A DNA stretch of 64,000 nt from the human T2T-CHM13v2.0 reference genome, Homo sapiens, in the NCBI RefSeq assembly GCF_009914755.1, contig NC_060936.1; one strand, given 5' to 3'. Position numbers and translations under genes: made by a program. The notes beneath the pieces are model-generated. The model was not told the DNA's origin. It ran no database searches and was given only the letters and a program-made list of their open reading frames with translations. Shown here piece by piece: positions 53,215 to 64,000 of this stretch; position 1 is the stretch's first letter, and every line of letters begins with the position of its first letter.

Positions 53215-55544
53215 TGTATTAGTCCATTTTCACACTATAAAGAACTCCCTGAAACTGGGAAGTTTATAAACAAAACAGGTTTAATTGACTCACAGTTCCA
53301 CATGGTTTGGAGCCCTCAGGAAACTTACCATGATGATGGAAGGTGAAGGGGAAGCAAGGCACATCTTACATGGTGGCAGGAGGGATGGGGGGAACTGCCA
53401 AACACTTTTAAAGCATGAGATCTCATGAGAACTCACTCACTATCATGATAACAGCATGGAGGAAACTGCCCTCATGATCCAATCACCTCCCACCAGGTCC
53501 CTCCTTCAACACATTGGGATTATAATTGAGATAAGATTTGGATGGGGACACACAGTCAAGCCATATCATTCCACCCCTGGCCCCGCCCAAATCTCATGTC
53601 CTTCTCATACTTCAAAACCAATCATGCCTTTCCAACAGTCCCACAAAGTCTTAACTCATTCCAGCATTAACTCAAAGTCCAAGTCCAAAGTCTCATCTGA
53701 GACAAGGCAAGTCCCTTCCCACTGGGAGCCTGTAAAAATCAAAAACAAGTTAGTTACTTCCAAGATACAATGGAGATACAGGCATTGGGTAAATGGTCCC
53801 ATTCCAAATGGGAGAAATTGGTCAAAACAAAGAGGCCACAGGCCCCATGCAAGCCTAAAACCTGGCAGGGCACTCATTACATCTTAAAGCTCCAAAATAA
53901 TCTCCTTTGACTCCATGTCTCACATCCAGGGCATATTGAAACAAGGAGTGGACTCCCAAGGACTTGGCCAGCTCCATCCCTGTGGCTCTGCAGGGTACAA
54001 CCACCTTGGCTGCTTTCCTGGGCTGGTGTTGAGTACCTGCAGCATTAACAGGTGCACAGTGCAAACTGTCAATGGATCTGCCGTTCTGGGGTCTGGAGGA
54101 TGGTGGCCCTCTTCTCACAGCTCCACTAGGTGGTGCTCCAGTGGGGACTCTGTGTGGGGGCTGCACAACTCCACATTTCCCCTCTGTATTGCCCTGGTAG
54201 AGGTTCTCCATGAGGGCTCCACCTCTGCAGCAGACTTCTGCATGGATATCCAGGCATTTCCATACATCCTTTGAAATTTAGTCGGAGGCTCCCAAAGCTC
54301 AGCTCTTGTCTTCTGCACACCTGCCAGCCCAACACCACCTGGAAGCTGCCAAGGCTTGGGGCTTGCACCCTCTGAAGCAACAGCCTGAGCTGTACCTTAG
54401 CCCTTTTAACCATAGCTGGAACTGGAATGGCTGGGATGCAGAGCATCAGTATTTAGGCTGCACAGAGCAGCAGGGTCCTGGGCCTGGCCCACAAAGCCAT
54501 TTTTCCCCCTAGACCTCTGATTCTGTGATGGGAGGGGCTTCTGTGAAGGTCTCTGATATGCCCTGGAGACACTTTCCCTGTTGTCTTGGCTATTAACATT
54601 CAGCTCCTCATTACTTATGCAAATTTATGCAGTTGGCTTGACTTCCTCCCCATAAAATGGGTTTTTCTTTTCTACCACATGGACAGGCTGCAAATTTTCC
54701 AAACCTTTATGCTCTGCTTCCCTTTCAAACATAACTTTGTGTTTCAAATGATCTCTTCGTGAATGCATATAACTGAACCTTTCAGAATAAGCCAGGTCAC
54801 ATCTTGAATGCTTTGCTGCTTAGGAATTTCTTCTGCCAAATACCCTAAATCATCTCTCTCAAGTTCAATGTTCCATAGATCTCTAGGGCAGGGGCAAAAT
54901 GCCACCAGCCTCTTGGCTAAAGCATAGCAAGAGTGACCTTTGCTCCAGTTCCCAAGAAGTTCCTCATCTCCACCTGAGACCACCTCAGCCTAGACTTCAT
55001 TTTCCATATCGCTATCAGCATTTTGGTCACAAAAATTCAACAAGTCTCTAGGAAGTTTCAAACTTTCCCTCATCTTCCTGTCTTCTTTTGAGCCCTCCAA
55101 ACTATTCCAATTTCTGCCCATTACCCAGTTCCAAGTTGCTCCCACATTTTTTAGGTATCTTTCTAGAAGTGCCCACTCCTGCTACCAATTTTCCATATTA
55201 GTCCATTTTCACACTGCTATAAAGAACTCCCTGAGATTGAGTAATTTATAAACAAAACAGGTTTAATTGACTTACAGTTCCACATGGCTGGGGAGACCTC
55301 AGGAAACTTAAAATCACAGTGGAAGGGGAAAGGGAAGTGAGGCACATCTTACATGGTAGTGGGGGGTGGAAACTGCTAACACTTTTAAACCATCAGATTT
55401 CATGAGAACTCATTCATTATCAGAAGAACAGCATGAGGGAAGCTGCTGTCATGATCCAATCACCTCTCACCAAGTCCCTCCCTCAATATGTGGGGATTAC
55501 AATTTGAGATGAGATTTGGGTGTAGACAGAGCCAAACCATATCA
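53215..55544 (-). mobile_element. Full-length THE1D MaLR provirus (LTR 53215-53568, internal 53569-55193, LTR 55194-55544)
   Basis: Two direct-repeat LTRs ('tattagtccattttcacact...ccatatca') flank ~1.6 kb of THE1 internal sequence; purine tract (aggggtggaa on - strand) abuts the left LTR. Confidence 0.92.
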
Positions 55545-56559
55545 ACTACTATTATCCTTACTTCACAGGTGAAAAAAATGAACTAAGAAAGGTAGAATAA
55601 GTTGCCAGGTACAAGTGTATCTAAATCCAGAGTTTACTTTCTTAACCACTATAGTACCAGGTAAACATTCAAAGAAGAGGTGAAATGACAGCTGGAATGG
55701 CTTATTCTGAATAAGCTTAGAGAATGGGTTGGCAAAACCAACATGAGCAAGGAGGCAGAAAAGAACGGGTATTTGTAGGAGAGCAAGGAAATTGGTCCAA
55801 TTAAAATACCAAGTTTATTTGGGTGATAGGGAACAAAGGCTGGATAGCTAGAGTAACACTAAACTCCTAGAAAGTCTAACGGAGATGCATCAATCTTACA
55901 CAGTATTCAATAGGGAACCAGTGTCAGTTTTTAAGCAGACGTTTTTAAAGTATTAAGATGAATCAAGTATCACAGCCTCATGCTAATCAATATATTTGAA
56001 ACTTCTTAGAAAAATAAATCTTGATGTTAACCAAAGTAGATATCCATATCTACTTGGCAATGCCTTTTAAAACATGGCCGTAAATGATTTAAACAAATAA
56101 ATATTGACTACTAGGTAAAATGTTTCTCACAGGAGCATCTTTGGTGAGATCTAAATGGAAGAAAGACTTTGCAATAAAAAAAGCGACTCTTTTTTGGAGA
56201 CCTTCCTTGTCCTGCTCAAGTCATAAGTCCTAGAGCCCCATGCTCTTCTTGGTCACTCCTGTCAGTGGTGAGCTGTGAGACAGGACACTGTGAAAATCAA
56301 TTACTCTCTAAGCATTGGATCATGTGACCCTCCAATCCAAAGGACCGCCAGCCTGACTCAGGCCAGTCTGACCCACTAGTGGTCTTATGGAATGGAATGG
56401 AGGGAAAAAAATGCTGTATAAAATAATCAGTGGAAACTATAAAATCAAGTGTTTCCTCTATCCAACATTTATGTTGCTTCCTTTCACTCCTTCCAGATAA
56501 ACAAAATCACCGTGATGTTCAGTATAATGACATGAGATAACTGGCTGGCTCTCCACTAA

Positions 56560-57150
56560 CAATTCAGAGTATGGGTTTAGAGTCAGGCTGCCTGTGTTGG
56601 AATCCCTCCTCAGCTTGCAAATTGTGGGACCACAAACAAGTTACTTTTCTTACTTAAACCCCAGTTTCCTCATATATAAAATGGTGAGTAAATATATCCT
56701 TTGTAGCAACATGGATGCAGCTAGGGGCCATTATCCGAAGTGAATTACACAGGAACAGAAAACCAAATACTACATGTTCTGACTTGTAAGTGGGAGCAAA
56801 ACACTGGGTACACATGGACATAAATATAGGAACAATAGGCATTGAAAACTACTAGAGGGGCCAGGGAGGGAAGAAGGGCTGAAAAACTCATAGCTGCTGT
56901 GCTCACTACCTGGATAACAGGATCATTTGCACCCCAAACCTCAGCATCATGAAATATACCCAGATAACAAACCTGCACATGTACCCCTTGAATCTAAAAT
57001 AAAAGTTGAAAGTATTTTTTTAAATAAAATAAAAATAGCAAGTAAAAGTGAGAAAATGCATAATAAGGTTGGTAGAAGGATAAAATGGGACAATGCATAA
57101 TGGGTTTCATATAGGGAATGAACTCGACACATTAAAACATTCATGATTAC
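56560..57150 (+). mobile_element. MIR split by an L1PA15/16-like 3' end (56693-57035)
   Basis: L1 tail 'ccaaacctcagcatcatgaaatataccc...aacctgcacatgtaccccttgaatctaaaataaaag'; degenerate TSD aaaatggtgagtaaa/aaaatagcaagtaaa. Confidence 0.8.
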
Positions 57151-57913
57151 ATCATTAGTGCACAGTGTAACAATTTGCTACTAAAAGTATGATAAATTTC
57201 GTTGAATAAAAAATTCAGTAGAATGAACACAATTATGAATCCTTTTCTAGCCTGTGCTTTTCCTACAAGTATACACGTAGCTCCAGGGAACATGGCCACA
57301 GTATAAATGAACAAGGTGCTTCTTCCTAGAGTATTCACTTTATCCCAAGTGTCAGGAGAGGGAAAATAAATTAACTCATAAGTACCTTTTTAGTTACCCT
57401 TATATTAAATTCATAAGAAATGTTTTATGTGGTTGGATATATATTATTTTCCAAATAATACTGAGTAAAAATATCTACAAGTGTACTTTTAAGTCTACAA
57501 TTTAGAGCTTATATGTATGACTTTAAAAGTTATAATATATGCTTCTTATATTAAATGTCTGGAGGAATGATTCCATTCAAAACAAAGCTTGAAATATTGT
57601 GCACATGTTTTTCTCCGTATTTTAAGTTTATAATATTTTAAAATTATACTCATCTTTTTTTAATCCAGTGATAAAAATATAGTGCAACTTCTCTGTCAAA
57701 TAAATTTTTCCACAGATCATAAGCAATTTTTATTATCATTTTGTCAAAGAAATAACATAAAAAGTAAGGATCCATGTGAATTTTTAAGATAAAACACAAG
57801 ATATCAAAGCTTCCCCTCTAATACCTGCACGGAATTCCATCTTGTCAGGCATTCAGACAACTTAACTACAAATTAAAAAACAAAAAAACTGATTGCATAT
57901 TAGTTGTATTTGA

Positions 57914-58348
<435 letters not shown>

Positions 58349-58489
58349 TAAGTCAGATAATGTATGCCAAGTGATACATAGGAAACCCTGTAAAATTTTA
58401 GCTGCATTTCCCAGATTCAGTCTTCCCTATTCCCCAATTCAGTGATTAGCTCTTCCTGCAAATGTCAATTTGCAGTTCTACTCTGAGAT

Positions 58490-59600
58490 TTCCACCCAAG
58501 AGGAACAAAGCATACATTCACAGAAACACTTGAACATGAATACTCACAGCAGTTTCATTTGTAATAGCCCAAAACTGAAAACAGCCCAGATGTCCATCAA
58601 CAGGAAATGGGTAAACAAATTATGATATATTTGCACAATGGAACACTACTCAGCAATAAATAGGAACCAATTGCTTATACAAACATCAATATGGATGAGT
58701 CTCATAATACTATGCTGCAAAAATACATTTAGATGGAAGGAATAAGTTCTAATATTCATTGGTACAGTAGGAGAATTAAAGTTAACTATAATTTATCATT
58801 TATTTCCAAATAGCTAGAAGAGAAGAATTGTAATATTCCCAACACAAAGGAAAGATAAATGTTTTAGGTGATAGATATCCCAGTTACCTGATTTGATCAT
58901 TATGCATTATATACATGTATCAAAATATCACATGTACCCCCCAAAATATGTTCAACTATGATATAGCAACAAAAAATACAAAAAAAGAAGATTCTAATGA
59001 GTGAAAGGAGAATAGTACATACTGTATGATTCCATTTAAATAAAATCTTGGCACAAACAAGAGGTAAGGATTGCCTGGGAAAAGGTAAGAAGGAACATTC
59101 TGAAGTGGTGGCAACGTTCTGTATATTAATAAGGATTTGCATCACATAGAGGTTTGCATTTAGAAAAATTTAACAAATATACACTTAATATTTGTGAATT
59201 TCTTTGTATATAAACCTTAGGTCAAAAAATTATAATAAATATATATTGCAGACTAACCACCACGGTACATGTTTTCCTATGTAAAAAACCTGCACATTCT
59301 ACACATGTATCCCAGAACTTAAAGTAAAACACAATTAAAAAAAAAAACAAAAACAAACAAATAAAAACATATATTGCAGACTGTTTAGGAGGAAGTGTTC
59401 TGATGTCTGCAGTTTATTTTGGAATGCATCAAAAGTTAAGATGGATTAAAGGATGAGATCAGTAAAAGAAACTGAATAGATATGTGTTAAAGACAAGTAG
59501 AGTAAAACATTAGAAGCAGAATCTAGGCAGTAGGCATATGAGTGTTCATTGTAAAATAAGTTTTTTATAAACTGATTTTATACTGGAAAATGTAGCATGA
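58490..59600 (+). mobile_element. L1ME 3' region with nested L1MA 3' end (~58722-58985) and L1PA 3' tip (~59255-59365)
   Basis: L1PA tip 'aacctgcacattctacacatgtatcccagaacttaaagtaaa' flanked by an 18-bp TSD aaa(t/c)atatattgcagact. Confidence 0.8.
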
Positions 59601-59694
59601 TACAAAACTGAACTGTAAAAACTAACTGGTGAAAAAAGCTTCAGAGTAATTGTTGAAGACAATCCATGAAAGGCATAATTCTTTTTAATCACAG

Positions 59695-59736
59695 ACACAC
59701 ACACACACACACACACGCACAGACACACAGACACAC
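59695..59736. repeat. Interrupted (CA)n microsatellite
   Basis: Read directly. Confidence 0.9.
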
Positions 59737-60119
59737 ATATATACAGTCTTTTTAGTTATAATTGGAGCTTCACAGCATATTTACAGTACTGTATACTGTG
59801 TAATTATTTTCCTCCAGAGACACAATAAAAACAGTTTTTAAAAGTTACAGTGATAATGAAATAAAAATATTTAGAAAAATAATTAGAAAATGTTTAGAAA
59901 AACAATTAGAATATTACCACAAGATCTCAATCCCAGAGAAGAGTGATAGGTTCTTTTGTCACCAGAAGTATTCTATAGGAAGAAGAGGATCTGTAAGGAA
60001 AAAAGGGAATGCAAAGGTTTTTCCAGATTACATTAACATCTGTTGTTTCTCAGCTCAGATCTGCTGACTTTGAAGTGTACTTTTAACACTTTTTGTCTAA
60101 AGTTTACTCTATTGCCTTA

Positions 60120-60282
60120 GTTCTTGAACTCTGCATCAGAGTCACTGGAAGTATTTGTTGAAAATTCAGATTCTTGTGCCCAGCTCATACCAACTGAATC
60201 AAAATCTGAGAAAGGTGGTGTAACTTATTCTTTTTCTTTTCAAAATTCTCATATGTGATTGAGCCAGAATTGAAAACCATGG
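60120..60282. mobile_element. MER5-type (hAT-Charlie)
   Basis: 'tgcatcagagtcactgg...cagattcttgtgccc...actgaatcaaaatct...ttgaaaacca'. Confidence 0.6.
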
Positions 60283-61458
60283 CTTGAAACCATATCACTA
60301 TTGGATATTAAATATGCTCTGAAAGTAATGGGCACATAATGAAGACTCACTGGCAATCTACCCACTAACTTGTGCCAACTTCTGAAGAGCTCCAGTGTGT
60401 GATCCCCAGTTACCCCTCCCCATCTTTGCTCACATACTTCTGAGTGGTCTCCTGTGTGCTAGGCACAAGCTCCTTAAGTGTAGGCTCATTTTCCAGCTGA
60501 TTTATAGAGTAAGGCTGATGGTTACATTAGAGGGTAATACAGGATCACTTACGATGTTATTTCTATGGCTCCCAGCCAGGGCTGGTATAATGGGATATGC
60601 AGAGCATGCTGTGCATAGGGATCCCCAAAGAGGAAGGGATCCAGACTCTGATCACTGCTTTTATTCATTTAGTAATAAATGAGTTTGTGCATCTATAGTA
60701 CAGAGGCCAAGTCTCCTTTTTTTTGTGTGTGCTCATTGGAGAATATCCACCCAAAGTTTCCAGACCAGACATGCATGTTGCAGACTCATTTATGATTTAA
60801 TAGGCACATACCCTCTAATCTTTCATAAAGGTAAAAATTGACCAAGATGTACATTGAAGGGCAATCTTAAACAGGAAAAGGAAAGAAAGATATCACCTGG
60901 AAGGCATTTAGGAATAGAGATGGGGATAGAGTCAACCCGAGACTCATGCATGTAACAATGTCTTTGGTCTGTCACTGGAGAACAATGATCCTTTCTTCTC
61001 ACTCAACTAGACAATCCACAAGCCTAGTTACCGAAGCTCCTGCTGGGAGTGGGTCTCCTCACTCTGGGAACCTGGAACTACTGTCCCCATTTGCCAAATT
61101 GCACTCTGAAGAAAACTTGTTCCCACAGACTAGTAGCCACAGCAAAATGAGTGTTGGAAATGCTGCAGACAACATCCTATTTTGGTTATCACAGTGCTGC
61201 TCATCAAATTTATAACTGAAACATACTTTTCTAACAAAAATTATTTAACTTTTCTTAATACATTTCTGAAATGTATTTGCCTAATAATGCCTTTTCACAC
61301 ATAACACATAAATGAAATGCCCTGTAGAAGAATATTTTGGAATTGCTGCCTTGGGGAGGGCTCTGCCTTCTTGTATCTCTTTCTTATCTGCCCAAGACAA
61401 GCACCTTACAATACCTTCTGACTGTCCAAAGTCCCAACCAAGATGTTAATCCCACACT

Positions 61459-61638
61459 CAGGACCCAGCTACCTAATTTTCAGGGTAACCCAATGTAAAG
61501 TGAAATTGTAGGGCCCTTTGTTCAAATGTTATTAGGAATTTCAAGATGGCAACAGCACAGCATAAAACCAAGCACAGGATCCCTCTTAGTGTGGGCCCAG
61601 TGTGACTGTGCAGGCTACACACTGACAAAGCCACCCAG
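61459..61638 (-). mobile_element. MER45A (hAT-Tip100)
   Basis: 'caggacccagctac...gggccctttgttcaaa...gaatttcaagatggcaacagc...aaaccaagc...gtgtgactgtgcagg'. Confidence 0.8.
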
Positions 61639-62149
61639 CCCTTACCTGCCTTCCTCCTCTCACCTTCCTGCTCACCTATTAAAAAGGAAAACAACCTAAT
61701 TAAGTTAATCGTATGAGCTGAATAAATTAATTATACTAATAGAGGAAAGACCTGTAAGGTTTTACTTGACAATGTACTAAAAAACAAACAGGAAAAAAAA
61801 GACTGCTTAAATCCTGGACTAATTTTTAGAAGTAAAGAGAATATGTCTAAGAAGATTGTGGATGGTAAAGCATTTTAAAATCATTTTACAGAATAAAAAA
61901 CAAGTTTAGTCTAAAATGTGTCTAGTTCAAAGGAGAAAAGGTTTGTAGGTCAAGAAAATACAGCATGGTATCTACTAGTCTCACAAACTCAGGACTTGAG
62001 CTAGCTCCTAATACCTAAATAGGATTTGATGAGGACTAGGGGTTAGGGAGGGCACCACAGGCAAGGGACCAACATATATCAAACAGCAGAAAGCTTCTTG
62101 GTGGAATTCTCTTGCCACATACAAGGAAGATGAGGCTTCTATTTCCCTT

Positions 62150-62900
62150 ATATACTACTCTGAGGTATATCACGTTCAAATTACTGAAAAGAAAAGAAAA
62201 AGAAAAAATCTTGAAGGAACCAGAGAAGAAAAAGACATGTTACATACAGAGGAACAAAGATAAGAATTGTAGCCAACTTCTCATCGGAAACCGTACAAAA
62301 CAGAAGACAAGGGGGTGACATCTTTAAAGTGCTGGAAATTTTTAAATGCCAACCAGAATTCTACACCCAGCAAAAGTATCCTTCAAAAATGAAGGAGAAA
62401 TACTTTCTCAGATAAATAAAAACTGAGGGAAGCCATTGCCTGCATACTTAACTCTATGAGAAGTACTGAAGGAAGTATGATATCTGTCTTAGTCTGTTCA
62501 GGCTGCCATAACAAAATACTACAGACTACGTGGCATAAACAACATTGATTTATTTTCTCACCGTTCTGGAGGTTAGAAGTTTGTGATGAGGATGCCGGCA
62601 TGTTCTGGATCTGGAGAGGTCCATCTCCCCGGCTTGCAGACGGCTGCCTTCTTGCTGTGTCCTCACATGGTAAAGAGAAGAAAGCAGACTCTCTGGGGTC
62701 TCTTTTTATAAGACAGCAATCTTACCAGACCAGGGCCCCACCCTCATGATCTGATTACCTCCCAAAGACCCCATCTCCAAATATTATCACATTGGGGGTT
62801 AAGGCTTCAACATATGAACTTCATGGGACACGAACATTCAGTCCATAAAAATATCAGACTGAAACCTCAATCTACATTAAAAAACAAAAAGAAAAAAAAG
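62150..62900 (+). mobile_element. L1M ORF1-end fragment split by an MLT1A0 LTR (62484-62846, - strand)
   Basis: ORF1 'RYITFKLLK..EKEKILK', 'aaccagaattctacacccagcaaaagtatccttcaaaaatgaagg'; LTR 'tgtcttagtctgttcaggctgccataacaaaatac'. Confidence 0.8.
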
Positions 62901-62906
62901 AAAATA

Positions 62907-63203
62907 GGCCGGGCACGGTGGCTCACACCTGTAATCCCAGGACTTTGGGAGGCCGAGGCGGGTGGATCACGAGGTCAGGAGATCAAGACCATCCTGGCTA
63001 ACACGGTGAAACCCCGTCTCTACTAAAAATACAAAAAATTAGCCAGGCGTGGTGGCGGGCACCTGTAGTCCCCGATATTCAGGAGGCTGAGGCAGGACAA
63101 TGGCATGAACCTGGGAGGCGGAGCTTGCAGTGAGCCGAGATCATGCCACTGCCCTCCAGCCTGGGCAACAGAGCTAGACTCCGTCTCAAAAAAAAAAAAA
63201 AAA
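62907..63203 (+). mobile_element. AluY
   Basis: Diagnostic 'gatcacgaggtcaggagatc..gaccatcctggctaacacgg' and 'gaggcggagcttgcagtgag'; TSD-like aagaaaat. Confidence 0.93.
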
Positions 63204-63649
63204 GAAAATGAAGAGCACTGGAAATAGAATACATGAAGCTCCAGCAGAATGGGGAACATTACCTAGTTTTTCACTGCCAGGTCTCCAATAGTTGGAACAG
63301 TATCTAGGATGTGGTCAGAAGTATTTAGAATAAATACTTCTAAATGAGTGAATGAATATCAGAATAAGTGAACATATGCCTGATGAATTGATGTGGATTT
63401 TGAGGAATCTAAATGATGATCAGTAGCTCAGTGGTATGATGATAATCTCATTTAGGCAACCAATTTTATACTGGGTCTCATAAAAATTAATTCCCAGAGT
63501 TTTTAGTTTCAGATCAGCAGGATTCCATTCTTTTCTAGCATTCTTTTATAGTAAGACAATTTCTCTCACTACAATTGCTTTAGCAATCCTGCTAAATAAG
63601 AGCAGAGTTTCATGTAAATATGAAAATGAGCATTCAGATTTAGAAATAA

Positions 63650-64000
63650 TTATGTAGAGCTACACTATAAAAATGCTGAAAGAAGCACAGTTAAATTGTA
63701 GAGGAATTGAAAATGAAATATAAAAATATATACATACTCTATGATTCCACTTAAAAAGCAAACTAATCTATAGTAAAACAAATGTGTAAATTAGTTTATT
63801 CTGGAAAAATTGACTAGAAAGGGGTGCAAGTGAACTTTTTGGAATGATTTTTTAAATGTCTATATCTTCATAGGAATGCAGGACATCCAGGTGCATGCAT
63901 TTGTCAAAACTCAGCAAATCGGACTCCAGATTTATGCCTGTGATTGTATACAATTTTTATCCTCAAAATAATTATAAATAAAGATTGAACTCTAGTACAT
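63650..64000 (+). mobile_element. L1MC/ME 3' end
   Basis: 'catactctatgattcca...aagcaaaactaatctatagt...tttgtcaaaactcagcaaa'. Confidence 0.65.

Noticed and set aside
53456-54983. Several 60-143 aa ORFs
   Set aside because: Typical translations of THE1D LTR and internal sequence; the MaLR ORF is broken.
56388-56401. GGAAT repeats resembling satellite III
   Set aside because: Fewer than three units; chance occurrence.

Overview
Primate (human-like) genomic DNA. It is non-coding and rich in interspersed repeats (Alu J/S/Y, L1M/L1MA/L1PA, L2, MIR, L3/CR1, MaLR/ERV LTRs, Tigger and hAT DNA transposons). I find no credible protein-coding exon; the ORF track is almost all repeat-derived or random. 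Most informative items: (1) a decayed, intronless TTC5 retrocopy (~19.15-20.12 kb) that keeps its start codon but lacks its 3' quarter and poly(A); (2) an orphan CpG island at ~40.5-40.9 kb beside CpG-rich inverted Alus; (3) an ~8 kb transposon-poor block (~23.7-31.8 kb) whose 27.2-28.8 kb core looks like a developmental enhancer; (4) a full-length two-LTR THE1D provirus (53.2-55.5 kb); (5) a fragmented, colinear L3/CR1 fossil across ~43.4-49.3 kb. A + strand bias of L1s suggests an intron of a minus-strand gene, which I cannot name. I see no evidence of a new biological system. Repeat subfamily names come from remembered consensus sequences, and boundaries of old repeats are approximate.
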